From assembly GCF_022045235.1 (NCBI RefSeq), contig NW_027266264.1, forward strand, positions 64,666,001 to 64,730,000: DNA of 64,000 bases, read 5' to 3'. The DNA is from Haliotis cracherodii (taxonomy: Eukaryota). The notes beneath the pieces are model-generated. The model saw only the letters and a program-made list of their open reading frames with translations. It was not told the DNA's origin and ran no database searches. Shown here in pieces: positions 48,501 through 59,106 of this stretch. The position numbers and the translations under genes were made by a program. Every line of letters starts with the position of its first letter. Positions within the stretch are counted from its first letter, which is position 1.

Positions 48501-51267
48501 CAGTGATTGATGATATGAGCAATGAGCAATGACCCATGCTATTGGGTACAGTGATCCTCTATCAAACAAGTTGCAGAGTCTGACCACCTGATCCATGCTG
48601 CCAACCAATTCTAACCCGGCAGAAACAACTATAGGGTTTGCACTAGTCTCATAGACATGTAAGATAATATCCATAATAATAATGGTCCAATGTTTCAAAA
48701 TTTCAGCAACTTGACCTGAACAAGTACAAGAACAAAGTGTACACAATACATGCAATAGATGGACAGAGATCACCATGATCACAACATGCACAATGATGAA
48801 AAAAATATTTTAGCAAAGGAAGAAACAGTTAGTTTCAAACAAATGGAAAACTGCCATCAATGTAGTAATTATAGATGTAAAGGGAAATTTGTGACTTGTC
48901 CAAAGTTTGTGCTTAGAGTAAAAGCTTATAACAAAAGGGAGATAACTCAAGAACACATGGTCTCACACAAAACAGGAAGTACATACCTCAGCATCTTTAT
49001 CTGGGGAGTACTCATCATCATCTTCATCCTCAGGAAAGTATATGTCCAGGATACTCGGCTTCTTGGCTGCTGTTGTCTTCTTCACTGGTGAAAGCGGCCA
49101 TTTTTCTAAGGGCTAAGAAGTAAAAATACACGATAAAAATGACGAATATCTGAAACCAATCTCGAACATCCAGGCTAAGAAAATCCCTGTTTTTAAAAGA
49201 CTAGTCCTGAGGAAAAGTGTAAACTTGATTTGACTAGTCCTCAGAGTTTGAAGCCAGTCTCGCTTAAACAAGATATTTACTATGTTCACATATTGTATCA
49301 GTTTTATCCAGTTCCAATTTGTAGCAAAACTGAAACAATGAGAACTGGTTCAAAATTATAGTCATCAAATTATTCTAGTCAATGAGGATGACTATCAATG
49401 GATTTTACTTGTCCTCAGAACAATTTAGCTGGTGGACTAGTTTGAATTTCATATTGTCTACAGAGAAGAGGAAGAGTACCTACCACCCCTTTCTCTATGA
49501 CCTCCTTCACTTTAGCGCGGGTCATCTTGGGCTCGTAGGCAAGACGGCCGATACTGGTCAGCTGTTCATTCAGACTGTTCCGAATCATCTGCTGGACATC
49601 CTCGTTCTTCACTAGCTCCTGGACAACATTCATATCAGACAAAATGAATCAACAGCGTTAGTCAAATGTTTTGAAGGGATTGAACTTTGTCGGAGAAGTA
49701 TTGACCGGTGGAATGTCTACAATGAACCTGATGAACACTAGCTACCTGAGTTAAGCACAGCTAAGTGCACATGACTAAGACAATCAGATTCACAACAATC
49801 AGACATAAACTAAAATAGGAAATACAATTGGGACAAAACATGGTGATAACGACTATGCATCAACAAAACCTACATGAATGATATTCTTCACATTGATTGC
49901 AGTCAGGCCTTTGCTAATCGCACTCTTTTCCAACATGTCATCCATTTCGGTATCAGCAATGTGCAATCTATCCTGGGAGGTGTCAGCATCGTCAGCACTC
50001 AGGTAGTCAACACCAGCAACCCCAGTACCGCCAGCACCACAGGAAGCAGCAGCAGCAGCAGCAACACACTTTCTTGGTGTTGATGGAGGTGTGGTTTCAA
50101 GTCTCTTCTTGATTGATTTTCTGAAAAGGAAAATATAATCTTAAATAAGCATGTGTACTTTACTTTTAGCCCCATGATGATCCCGGGTTAGAATACGTCT
50201 TCAGCAACCCATGCTTGTTGTAAGAGGCGACTAATGGGATCGGGTGGTCAGACTCGCCGACTTGGTTGACGCATGTCATCATATCTCATTTGGGTAGATC
50301 GATGCTCATGATCTGATGATGTCAATCACTGGATTGTCTGATCCAGATTTGATTATTTACAGACCACCGTCATGTAGCTGGAATATTGCTGGGCGCAAGA
50401 TGGTCACAAGTTCTTCATCATGTTCATGAACTTTACAGGTCTCAGACAAGCAGACTTATGTTAATTTCAAACCCTGGTTAAATGCATACAACTTCACGCT
50501 TTAAAAAAGGTGTTCTTGTATCATGTGTATGTTTTTATGATTTTCAAGCATATCATTGTAAATAGGCAAACAACTATTCCAAATACTTTACAAAAGTATG
50601 GAGAGACATACCTGTTCTCTAGTTCTAAGCTGGCCATGATTAACTGTTTCCGAGGTGTCTTCTTCTGGTCTCCCTTGTGCTTAGATGGTGTGTCCTTCTT
50701 GTGCAGTTTCTTCTGTGAGCAATGCATGGCCGTATTCACTTCACTGCTCTCCTGATTCAAGATTGACAACTGTTCGCTTATAAAAGCATAGTTCTGCTTC
50801 TCCTCTTCACTCAAGGTGCTGGAGTTCTGAGCTGCTTTGTCCTTGACCGGTGTGCTTGCAAAACTCTGGCCGCAAACAATCTGAACTGCAGATTCGTCCT
50901 CGTCTTCTGTTACTTCATCCGATATATCGGTCCACTGGCTGTCATCAGAGTCAGCATCAGGGCTTCCGACCCCATCAGAACATGCTGAAGTCACATTGTC
51001 AGAACCACCTTCCATTACGTCTTCGACTCCCTTACTTCCTTTGCAATCAATAACCTGTTCTTCACTCAAATCTGAGGTTTCTTTCGGATTCTTAGTAATA
51101 TCTGTGTGTTCATCTTCAGTTGATACTGACTCTTGTTTAACACAGAGGTCATTGTTTGACTCATCAGCATCTTGTGGACTGTTATCCATCACAATGACAC
51201 AGTTAGCTGGTGTATTCACACCAGTTATGACATGACAAACATTCAGAATAATGTCGACTTCATACAC
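12479..51267 (-). CDS. GON4L: GON-4-like protein (YY1AP1/GON4L family); 27 coding exons, about 2957 aa from ATG 51189 or about 2983 aa from ATG 51267
   Basis: Family motifs occur in order: LTAINVKNIIH, EPKMTRAKVKEVIEKG, IARRTRSKLPL..APDITPDMYD, DPEFNFLEE, HVQLTTQ, VFLYPQLLP..FTTGEDNLIALGL, KDTAFAQAYLDRV, PAH-like [16 protein letters not shown] and PHLQEEFSVFF, and C-terminal SANT WTKDMDKVCLEMC..VAARFEKLM. Every junction is GT-AG and phase-consistent. Confidence 0.93.
13108..13210 (-). CDS. GON4L: GON4L exon (SANT/Myb)
   Basis: Encodes DMDKVCLEMCKKNGPGDETFAQVAEKL; AG/GT flanks. Confidence 0.88.
14889..16594 (-). CDS. GON4L: GON4L large low-complexity exon
   Basis: Lies within the 593-aa ORF; ends EVEWTK|gtgagt. 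Confidence 0.88.
16957..17181 (-). CDS. GON4L: GON4L exon
   Basis: Encodes VIDGKLYFQP...KKIK; phases 0/0. Confidence 0.83.
17519..18272. mobile_element. Non-autonomous hAT-like DNA transposon
   Basis: TIRs CAGGGATGTGA and TCACATCCCTG, flanked by cattat on both sides. Confidence 0.6.
18459..18660 (-). CDS. GON4L: GON4L exon (acidic plus Cys/His cluster)
   Basis: Encodes YMDSFEMV..SFEDVIMP..CCPCDCH..HCFNCCLK. Confidence 0.87.
18845..19601. repeat. 54-bp minisatellite (about 14 units) seeded at a GON4L donor site
   Basis: Unit gatggatacagtacctgtctgacctacactaacctcccctagtgttcacgagga. Confidence 0.92.
19595..19776 (-). CDS. GON4L: GON4L exon (second PAH-like repeat)
   Basis: Encodes VNYEQQPHHFQRVLK...HLQEEFSVFFPEDKPP. 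Confidence 0.9.
20561..20840 (-). mobile_element. tRNA-derived SINE family B
   Basis: TSD ttctactaag; other copies at 6121-6297, 7327-7570, 40344-40600 (TSD gacctgctcagag), 58447-58730 (all minus) and 61085-61332(+). Confidence 0.83.
21148..21368. repeat. Foldback/MITE with about 45-bp inverted arms
   Basis: gggtaaaacatat..gacaagtttcattattaattgaatc and its reverse complement. Confidence 0.7.
21560..21712 (-). CDS. GON4L: GON4L exon (PAH-like)
   Basis: Encodes [32 protein letters not shown]. Confidence 0.9.
21962..22317. repeat. 59-bp minisatellite (about 6 units)
   Basis: Unit aaggatagggcaaccctggatacaacgaccctcgatggacaggtacatcggatataac. Confidence 0.88.
22318..23230. mobile_element. Non-autonomous element with a subterminal inverted repeat, inserted into a minisatellite
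   Basis: Hairpin arms at 22321-22360 and 22433-22470; the 59-bp repeat resumes at 23231. Confidence 0.55.
23262..23825. repeat. 21/22-bp minisatellite
   Basis: Unit ataatgaggaagtac(atg/tggg)gat. Confidence 0.9.
26424..27656 (+). CDS. Class A (rhodopsin-like) peptide-type GPCR, FMRFamide/TRH-receptor-like; single-exon CDS of 410 aa nested in a GON4L intron
   Basis: N-glycosylation sequons in the N-terminus, GN in TM1, LAVAD in TM2, Cys before TM3, ERY, FIPF in TM5, P in TM6 and NHAINFLLY..FR in TM7/helix 8. Confidence 0.93.
   Translation: MAGNSTQEMTTIMFDVDMTENGTNSTLNGTDGGIRPPMPSFDLETILNSYVEYRWSRYLGIYCYPILVVLGTIGNVLSFIVMTRKTMLRSSTCYYMAVLAVADTMVLYFGCLRKWFAYLTGWDALILSPAACKIFNFLTYWSFDFAAWILVAMTVERYIAIHFPFTVTKHATIPRAKVVSIFLGVIFVGINAHFFATVTISDRGYCSSQEEYIRFNDYVFPWIDAALYSFIPFIVLLVFNILIILDSRKAIKRQQTLQASSLNNTNTFTIRSNSRLTVMLLSVSLTFLVASAPKAALIIIKPYTFDFYDGPLVDFHLLSKYTLTASVMNFLTYGNHAINFLLYCINGQKFRSELKRLIYVCTHRKQRRRIASLQIEMGDGVRRNSTCTDLVMKSMPDFVTTIRDPQVSEP
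28095..28352 (-). mobile_element. Retroposon family C (no tRNA head, (CAAA)n tail), representative copy
   Basis: More than 15 related copies or fragments, e.g. 3763-3940, 10358-10640, 11065-11225, 12633-12875, 32970-33228, 33490-33760, 50169-50392, 53150-53370 and 63881-64000. Confidence 0.85.
29241..29378 (-). CDS. GON4L: GON4L exon (start of first PAH-like repeat)
   Basis: Encodes KDEKDTAFAQAYLDRVRDGL...YEEFL. Confidence 0.9.
30391..32082. repeat. 29-bp minisatellite (about 58 units)
   Basis: Unit aacatagagggtatc(a/g)gggaacat(g/a)aact. Confidence 0.95.
32169..32268 (-). CDS. GON4L: GON4L exon
   Basis: Encodes FDHKKNRERSKSKKKKEQTLAMLAPDLLEMDPR. Confidence 0.85.
33823..36972 (-). CDS. GON4L: GON4L 3150-nt exon containing the coding VNTR
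   Basis: Lies within the 1063-aa ORF; acceptor tttcag, donor gtaggc; phases 2/2. Confidence 0.88.
34925..35592 (-). repeat. Coding 24-bp VNTR, (EVSVADVK)n, about 28 units
   Basis: In-frame repeat inside the 3150-nt GON4L exon. Confidence 0.92.
37426..37514 (-). CDS. GON4L: GON4L exon
   Basis: Encodes VDVTWSPRKKHR...; phases 0/2. Confidence 0.75.
37664..37795 (-). CDS. GON4L: GON4L exon
   Basis: Encodes KKRAKETALAVKEKKK...; phases 0/0. Confidence 0.8.
38042..38158 (-). CDS. GON4L: GON4L exon
   Basis: Encodes YFRQNK...VLPIWAK. Confidence 0.85.
38825..38975 (-). CDS. GON4L: GON4L exon
   Basis: Encodes LIALGLEQF...KYLLPAKTIKQINLRIKN..PDNPIK. Confidence 0.9.
39397..39553 (-). CDS. GON4L: GON4L exon
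   Basis: Encodes SPVFLYPQLLP...YFTTGED. Confidence 0.88.
39648..39873 (-). CDS. GON4L: GON4L exon
   Basis: Encodes RELDIF...YNVCNLQLAID. Confidence 0.83.
40848..40934 (-). CDS. GON4L: GON4L exon
   Basis: Encodes HVQLTTQLFFLC. Confidence 0.87.
41330..41586 (+). mobile_element. SINE fragment with an L2-type tail and (TAT)n end
   Basis: ttcacccagcagtgaatgggtacc ... gcgcttagagca ... (tat)n. Confidence 0.55.
41724..41856 (-). CDS. GON4L: GON4L exon
   Basis: Encodes RPIVKAKKSP...LIEEQMRK. Confidence 0.83.
42095..43028. repeat. 86-bp minisatellite (about 11 units) copying a GON4L exon end and donor
   Basis: Unit atacatggtataatagatctaccaggagacggtcagtacatactgtggcagtggttcccccaggtacatagacttatctccctcct. 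Confidence 0.92.
42984..43080 (-). CDS. GON4L: GON4L exon whose 3' end is the first unit of the 86-bp minisatellite
   Basis: Encodes KELNQLIDELDELFPEQEEEDKSMYLEEPLP, donor CA|gtatgt; phase 2 fits the next exon. Confidence 0.83.
43138..43298 (+). mobile_element. tRNA-derived SINE family A with TSD
   Basis: 13-bp TSD tcaactgagacat; (ACTC)n tail. Confidence 0.88.
44661..44786 (-). CDS. GON4L: GON4L exon
   Basis: Encodes DDEANDPEFNFLEE...EDFRFDRPFRVS. Confidence 0.88.
45379..45556 (-). CDS. GON4L: GON4L exon
   Basis: Encodes IIARRTRSKLPLTD..APDITPDMYD..EWQEFL. Confidence 0.92.
46207..46680. mobile_element. MITE with long TIRs and 10-bp TSD (Mutator-like), inserted in a family C repeat
   Basis: TIRs caatctcatt...gctaccgctaaacaaagatctgaagaca; TSD tccacacaat/tccacgcaat. 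Confidence 0.8.
47327..47440 (-). CDS. GON4L: GON4L exon (low conservation, 3n length)
   Basis: ttgcag|ACA TTC CGG...GAG|gtactg; stop-free, phases 0/0. Confidence 0.65.
47589..47732 (-). CDS. GON4L: GON4L exon
   Basis: Encodes ESDDDMESMISSHASDLGSP. Confidence 0.83.
48987..49112 (-). CDS. GON4L: GON4L exon
   Basis: Encodes WPLSPVKK...EDEDDDEYSP. Confidence 0.87.
49484..49618 (-). CDS. GON4L: GON4L exon
   Basis: Encodes ELVKNEDVQQMIR...EPKMTRAKVKEVIEKG. Confidence 0.9.
49874..50120 (-). CDS. GON4L: GON4L exon
   Basis: Encodes ...LEKSAISKGLTAINVKNIIH. Confidence 0.87.
50612..51267 (-). CDS. GON4L: GON4L first coding exon (ATG 51267 or 51189)
   Basis: Acidic N-terminus; donor AG|gtatgt at 50611; acceptor candidates near 51423-51430. 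Confidence 0.78.
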
Positions 51268-51468
51268 TTCATGTTGGTATGAAGATCAAGAGCTGATGAC
51301 AACATGTGAGTTCTGTCTGGATCTCCCATAGTCCGAGGTACATGGTAGAATATATCACCTATCATTGAACACTTTCACCACAGTGACTGGCTTCATTCTT
51401 TAGTTTGACAAGTACTGTGTATCTGAAACTGTAAACACAGGCAAAAGTAAAAATCTGTATCTTAAAGT

Positions 51469-51810
51469 TACCCTATTTGACGTAAAAAGCACCCTGCTCT
51501 AATAAGCACCCACGGCAATATTTGCTCATATATTGGCTGGTGAACAATCCCAATAGAACCCCTTGCGATTGATCGATGTACACAAGACTTGTATTCGCAT
51601 ATAATATGCACTCGTGTTTTATATGCACCTTAATTATGGGCAATTAAATTCTGGAAAATTATATCTGTCATATATAAACATTTCAGGCTGTCAGCATAAA
51701 CCACGAAATCTATCTTTCAACTGTTTTTTTCACCAAAAGAATATGCTAATAAGAGCCCCCTATTTCTAATTATGAGAGCGTCCTGGATGCTTATTACGTT
51801 GAATATGGTC
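51469..51810. mobile_element. MITE, copy 1
   Basis: TIR-like ends taccctatttgacgtaa and ttacgttgaatatggt; homologous to 52342-52700. Confidence 0.65.
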
Positions 51811-52341
51811 GTTTAATTTTGCAGAAGCGGTATTGTGTGTCACGGTAGTGTTATTAACATCACTAGTGATATGGAATGATATGTGGAATTTACATCATGA
51901 TCATTAGTTTGTTTTCATTGTTGTTTAACGCTACACTCAGCAATATCTGAGTCATGAGCTGGTGGTTTGTAAATGATCAAGTCTGGACCAGACAATCAAA
52001 TGATCAATATCATAAGCAACAATCCACACTGTTTGGGTATGATGACATGCAATAAACCAAGTCACTGAGTCTGACCACCAGATCAATTTGATCGCCTTTT
52101 ATGACCAGCATTGGCTGCTTATGACCTATTCTAATCTGACAAGAACAATTGTAGGTTTTGTCCTAGACTAAGATATGTATACGATGTAACTTGTAAGATA
52201 ATCCATAATAACCCAACAATATTGTTTCAATTATTTAAAAAGACATTGCACTTCTAATTAAGGCAGCATGCACACATAAATTTAATTTCATATCAACACA
52301 TACCGCATCAGATACAAAGGACGAACTTCGCAAATGCAAAT

Positions 52342-52700
52342 TACTGTATTCACATAATAAGCGCCCCGCACTAATAAGTGCCCACAGGGGTATTTGCTAA
52401 TATATTGGCTAGTGAACAATCCCAAATACCACCCCTTCCGATTGATCAGTGTACACATATTTATTCGTGTATAATACACACTCGTGTGTTGTACATCTTA
52501 TACGACCCTTAATTATGGGCAGTCAAATTCTTGAAAATATATCTGTTGCTACCCAGACTTTTCTTTTATATCATTTCAGGCTATCAGCATAAACCACAAA
52601 ATTTACTATCTTTCCACTCTGTATTTTTCCTCACCTAATAAGATCCCTCTATTTATAATTTTGAGAGCGCCCTGGGCACTTATTACGTCGAATATGGTAT
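52342..52700. mobile_element. MITE, copy 2
   Basis: Same family as 51469-51810. Confidence 0.65.
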
Positions 52701-53928
52701 TTTTTTGTCCTGACCATTACCTAGTGCATCATGGTGCATGTTGTGCATGAATTTTGTTTCCAGACCATGAGACAGCTGATTAAAATAAAAGAAATTAAAA
52801 AAACATATACATGTTTTACATCCTTAAAAAGAAAAAGAATGGTTCACAAGATAGAATCCCAAGTCAGAATGTTACATCCCTTCACGTAGCATTATATATA
52901 TTATGTGTACTTCAGACGGCAAGACAATTAAAACCAATTTATAAAGTTTATATACTATTTACAGTAAATACCAAAATCCTGTTTCAGAATAGAATATCGG
53001 AATAGCAATGACTTAATTAACATACATGTCATCCCCAGCAGTAGAGTATCATCCCACAGCGGCCCCGGGTGGTAATTGGGCCCTAGTAGGACTGTTATCT
53101 ACTCATCATGTTCATAGTAAACTGCTATCAACTCATGTTCATCGAACAGTTGAAGATTCAGGTAGAGAATAGGTCTTTAGCAACCCATGCTTGATGTAAA
53201 AGGCAATTAACAGGATTGGGTGGTCAGGCCCGCTGACTTGGCTGATGCATGTCATTGTATCCCAATTGCGTGGATTGATGCTGATGTCAATCACTGGATA
53301 GTCTGGTCCAGACTCGATTATCGTTTATAGCTGGAATTTTGCTGAGTGCAGCGTTAAACAACAAACATGACAAACAAAGCAAAGAAACAACATCATGTTC
53401 ATACCACATTCCCACTCACAGCATGAATAGGATCAATAGCAAAAGCACATATTTCTTCATCTAGTGCATGAATTTACGCAGTAACTGGGACGAGAAATGT
53501 TAAGACTGAGTAAATCGTGGAATAATCATAGTATTAAATGAGAAATGGTCAAGAACCATTGAGAACATGGAAGATCTGTGTTGAACATGTTAATCATCAA
53601 TGACCATATATTTCATTTGACATAAACATGACAAAAGAATATCAGGTTCGATTCCAAACAATAATGTTTCTGTTGTGTTGATGATTGTTTAATTTATGTA
53701 ACACATCAAAACCAGTATAAATGAAATGCGAATCTGAAGACCCCCGGTGTATTTATAAATTCAGATTATTTCTGCGTCACTGTCAGGCACAAATAGTGTA
53801 AACATTAAAAAACCATCAATCACCATCGGTGTTTGACGATTTATTTCCTTCGAACAATCTTCACCGATGCAACCCACTTCGGATAAACACATACTTTGCA
53901 AATGATAGCGATCAATACAATTTAATAC

Positions 53929-54012
53929 CTTACTACTTCGTCTGTGAGTAGCATTCACATTTCTGCATGCAAGCCCGCGCCATTTTAGTCGCTGATCAAA
54001 ACTTCCGGTGGG
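53929..54012 (-). promoter_or_regulatory. Probable GON4L promoter and first non-coding exon with YY1 and ETS motifs
   Basis: CGCCATTTT (YY1 consensus) at 53978-53986, ACTTCCGGT (ETS) at 54001-54009, and a donor-like AAG|gtatt at 53928. Confidence 0.6.
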
Positions 54013-55132
54013 TATGTACCAAAATATTAACCATGAGTGATTGGTGAAAGGAAACGGATTTAAAACAAAACGTTCCTGTGTATATTATCTGCTGGTATCA
54101 AGGCAGGATATTTTCTTGTAGACTTGGTACAGCATCGTTAAATCAGTTAGCATACGATTGGCATAAATATGAATACTAAGTGTGTTAAACATTTTGAAGC
54201 GTACATAAAATACAGAGACACATACGACTATTGTCGTGCATGGTCGTTCTAATTTTACGAACGAGCGTGACGTGAAGTTATTTACTCACTCGGTTCCAGC
54301 GAGTGAGTGGGTTTGATTAAGGTAAGACTTAAAGGATGCAGATCCTGACACTGGAAAGATTTTGTTTCTTTTTCACGGGTCTTTAATTAATCATGGCCAC
54401 GGGAGGACATGTGCACCTGACTCCTTCGGGCTAAAGTGGAGAAGGTGCTAGATACTTCATGTTCATGGTGTAAATTTTGTTAAAAAACCCAGTGCTCTAA
54501 GTTTTCACAGGTGGTATTTCATTTAGAACCAAAATGTCCATCTCCTTTTTGGGAAGTAATTCTTATATCGATGTTATAACTGGGGTAGTTGTTTTTTAGG
54601 TGAAGGTAATGACGACAGACTATAAAACATGGTCAACGCTGTGTAGGGGAAGAGGTTGTGAGGGGAAGGCGTCCTGGTTAAAAGGTCCATCTCTCTGTCC
54701 CGAGATATATTTTCAACAAGTGAAAAAACCCTGAAAAAGACCAAACAAAGAAAAGTGAAGTGGTCAACTCGAGGACAACCTACATTTGAAATACAATCTG
54801 TGATACATTCTGTTGTTCAGAGGATCGAGAGTGAGTTGAAAAAATGTAATAAGACGGCCGAAATCACCTTTAAGGCACCATGGAAAAGAAGGTACCATAT
54901 TCTGCGGGAGAGAATTATTTTCGAGAATAGACGCCATGCTCACACACAAGAAAACTGTTTCTCTACCAGCATAGGTAGGGCCATCAGAAACAACGAAACC
55001 GGCACCACCCAAAATAGCAGAGACTTTTTACTGAGGCCCTGTGCTACTCAAGTCACCATGGAGTCCACATCTTATCCAGAATGTAAGAGACACTTTTCCA
55101 GATATGCTGAGACACAGAAGACAGACAACCGA

Positions 55133-56175
55133 TCCTCCTCTTCACGTCCCTCTTCCTCCTCAGAACCCTCCTCCTATTCATGCCCCTTCTCCCCTTCACG
55201 TCCCTTCTCCTCAGTCCCCTCCTCCCTTCACTCCCCTTCTCCACCCCCCCCCCTTTACGCTCATCGTCCTCTTAACCCCTTCTCCTCCTTCACGCCCCTT
55301 CTCCTCTTCACGCCCCTTCTCCCCTTCACGCCCCTCTCCTCCCCACGTCCATCTTCCTCTTCACGTCCCTTCTCTTCACGTCCTTCTTCCCCTTCACGCC
55401 CCTTCTTTTTATGCTCCTTCTTCTCTTCACGCCCCTTCTCTTCACGTCCTTCTTCCCCTTCACGCCCCTTCTCCTCTTCACGTCCTACTTCCCCTTCACG
55501 CCCCTTCTCTTTACGCTCCTCCTCTTTACGCCCCTTCTCCTCTTCGCGACCCTTCATCCCTTCACGCCCCTTCTCCTCTTCACGTCCTTTCTCTTCACGT
55601 CCTTCTTCCCTTCACGCCCCTTCTCTTTACGCTCCTTCTCCTCTTCACGTCCCTTCTCTTCACGTCCTTCTTCCCCTTCACGCCCCTTCTCTTCACGCCC
55701 CTTCTCCTTTTCACGTCCTTCTTCTCCTTCACGCCCCTTCTCTTTACGCTCCTCCTCTTCACGCCCCTTCTCTTCACGTCCATCTTCCTCTTCACGCCCC
55801 TTCTCCTCTTCGCGACCCTTCACCCCTTCAAGTCCCTTCTCCTCTTCACGATCCTTCTCCCCTTCACGTCCATCTTCCTCTTCATGCCCTTTCTCCTCCT
55901 CACGCCCCTCCTTCTCTTCACGCCCCTTCTCTTCGCGACCCTTCATCCCTTCAAGTCCCTTCTCCTCTTCACGATCCTTCTCCCCTTCACGTCCATCTTT
56001 CTCTTTCTCCCCTTTCTCCTCCTCACGCCCCTCCTTCTCTTCACGCACTCTTCCTCTTACCGCCCCTTTTCCTCTTCATGCCCCCCCCCCCCCCCCTTCA
56101 CGCCCCTTCTTCTCTACAGGCCCTTCTTCCTCTTCACGCCCCTTCTCCTCTTAACGCCCCTTCTTATCTACACGT
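55133..56175. repeat. Polypyrimidine satellite with 15/18-bp units (ttcacgccccttctcctc)
   Basis: About 1 kb of C/T-rich tandem repeat; its ORFs are artefacts. Confidence 0.9.
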
Positions 56176-56739
56176 TCTGCACTTTCACAACAGTAAAATA
56201 ACTACAGAATATTAACCACCATACTAGAGACCGTAGGGGCTTACAATACTTTTGCTTTCTGCACGGTGCCCAGCAGGATTTATCTCTCATCACAAGGGAT
56301 ACAAAATACAGTATCCTCACCTTTCAACAAATATTCATGTGTATTTCTGATATGACCAATACGACATGTCGTATTATGACCTCTTCAAATCTGAACTGAC
56401 AACCCAAGCAGGTGTAACCGATATTTGGTTTTATTTCATCTAAATTATTTATACCCACTTTGGTGTCCCACTTCTTTTGCATAAGATATCGGATGTAACA
56501 TCATATGACCGGCCTATACACACTGAATTGGATTAGAAGTGGTATCTTCCCGAGGCAAGGGACTCCACAAGGCGATCTTAGTGTTAAGTTGGTCGTAACT
56601 CCCATACTTTATCATAGGATTACGATCAACGTAGCACTAAGATCGCTTTGTGGAACGGGGCCCAGTTTCCACCCTTGCCGAACTAGGCCGGAATTTCTGG
56701 ATTCGATCGTAGATGTAATTGCAAGGGGTATATTAGCAT

Positions 56740-58425
56740 CATGAATAACAGGTTATATTTGTATTCCTAGAGGTGGAATAAGTGATGCTTTTTATTGTAC
56801 AAGTCCTCATAGGAAGGGTGAAATTGCAATGACATATTGCAAGGCTATTTGTATGCGACGTTGCTTCAGGGATGGCTCATCAGCTTCCACATATAGGCTA
56901 TTGAGGGGAGAAGTTCTGAAGCCACCAAGACAAAACCCCATTCCTTGATGATGAATAGTATCCAATAATATTCAATTACTTTTACAGGTTCCACCATAGA
57001 CGATGGAGCCATAATCTTGTTTAGAGCGAATAAGTGATCGGAGTTGGAGTAAAGTTTTCTGATCCCCACCCCACTTTGAATTCGACACGACTTTCAGAAA
57101 ATCAAGGGCCTTCGGACATCTTTTTTTTTTAAAAGGTAAAACGGCTGTCAAACAATAGACCCAAGAACTTTGCCTCGTTGACAACCTTAATAGGACTGCC
57201 ATTCAAAACTAGTTCTGGGTCTCATTGAGGTTTGTATTTTCTACAAAAGTGAATAAAATTTGTTTTAGATTTTGAAAATTTAAAACCGTTTTCTGAAGAC
57301 CATTTATGTATTTTTTTAGACAAAATTGTCTTTCTATAGTACCATATTTCTGACTATATCGTCACTATGTGGCCCGTTATGCACATGCCAGGAATAATTC
57401 TGTTATTTTTGCCAATAATACCCTTCATTCTACACCAAATGGACTTACATGGGGTAAACCTATTCAATGTCGAGATGAAGGACCGCCCGTTTGAACGCTT
57501 GGTAGTCCTAACACGAGTTGTCTGTTGTGAGCTCATTTCCTTTTCCTGTAGGCTTTTCACATTCCTTGTTCCTTCAGGGTTTGGAGTCTAAGGCTGGATG
57601 TTACTATTGTACATTCGCACCCGACATTCCAAAGGGAGCATCCTCTGTTTCAACAATCTGTATAGTAATATGTCCACTGAGGATATCATTATCATCATTG
57701 ATCAAATCAAGAGTGATATGTTCATCACACAGAGCGTCAACCCAATTTGTCTTTAGTTTTAAGCTTCCATCTAGGTCCAAGATAATAACATGACGCAGTG
57801 GACTCACCTGGATGTCTGCAAACACTGGGAAATGATCCCTGTGAAGTGCATCATCTTGGAAAACATCTCAGTTGCACTTATTTGCCATTGAAGAGGAAAC
57901 GATAAATAGCTCTAAAGGGGAAAAGATCCACCTTCCAAGATCCATTCCGGTCATTTTTCTGTTGTTCGGGATTACTAGATCAGCTTCATTCAAAAGAGAT
58001 TCTACAACTGTCCCTTGATATTTAATTTATCACTGCCACACAATTCATTATGACTGTTGAATTCACCACAAATGAAATGTAGGCCACCAGATGCCTTAAC
58101 AATTTTCTTTATCATTCACACTTTTCTTCATCAACATAATATATTTTTACCGGATTAGCTTCAAAAACTGTTTGTGGTAATGTATGTTCCTTGAAATACA
58201 CATCAGATTCAATCAGCATAGCCCAACCTCCTCTACAGGGATTGTTACACATTAGGATTACTAGTTACTATGTTACCAACCTGGTATAATAGTTAATTTT
58301 TAAAAAAATACTTCAGGTCATAATAAACGTTTCCTAAACGCAAATGGTATCTGGCAGTTGTGAAAAAGCGTTTAAGGTGATCTCCATGTGACTTTGGGGG
58401 TTCCAGGGCAAGATTATAAGGAGTT
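56740..58425 (-). mobile_element. Decayed APE-type non-LTR retrotransposon (I/Nimb-like)
   Basis: Endonuclease remnants IILPWN, DTICV*ETF, ICGEFNSHNELCGS and RDHFPV, plus post-RT RSLIRSKQDYGSIVYG, all with stops and frameshifts. Confidence 0.8.
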
Positions 58426-59106
58426 TCAGTGCAAGATAGTAAGGATTGAGTGAGTTGGGTTTAACGCCGCTTTTAACAGTATTCCAGTTATATCACGGCG
58501 TGTCAGCTTACTGTGGGAGGAAAGCCCGAAGTGATGCAGGTCTTAGATGTTTACCACTTTGATGAAACCCACGAGCAAGGGTATGGTGCTGACAAACCTA
58601 GAAACATAATCGGGGCGAACCGGGATTCGAACCCACAATCATACTTATTTATTAGGTTTCTCGCGTGTCCAAGGGACGCAACCCTGCATAGCGAATTGCG
58701 GCGCTTTAGACGACTGGGCCAAACGTGACCACAAATAGTAAGGAAGACGAGTGCATTATCCATTATTCTTTATCAACATGCATTTTTTCAAGATATCATT
58801 TGACACATCAGAGACAATATATCGGTATATAGTCTCTGGACACATCAGGTGAGGTGAGGTGAAATGGGGTTAAACGTCGCGTCCAAGATTATTGCACTTA
58901 TATAGCGACGTGCATGTACGTGTGTGTGTGGCTGCTTGTACTAGTCCGGACTGATGCCGATTTATAGTGCTAGCTCACTGAGATACCATGCCGCAGTTTA
59001 ACATGACGAAGGTCATATAAGTAAAATAACTTTATTAACTTTGTTATGTTCTTTGGTAACCCGACTATATGAGTGCAATGGGGGTTGAGATGCTGGTCCA
59101 TGTTTC

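Noticed and set aside
54755-56215. 486-aa and overlapping long ORFs
   Set aside because: Open frames arise from the stop-poor pyrimidine satellite and show no recognisable domain.
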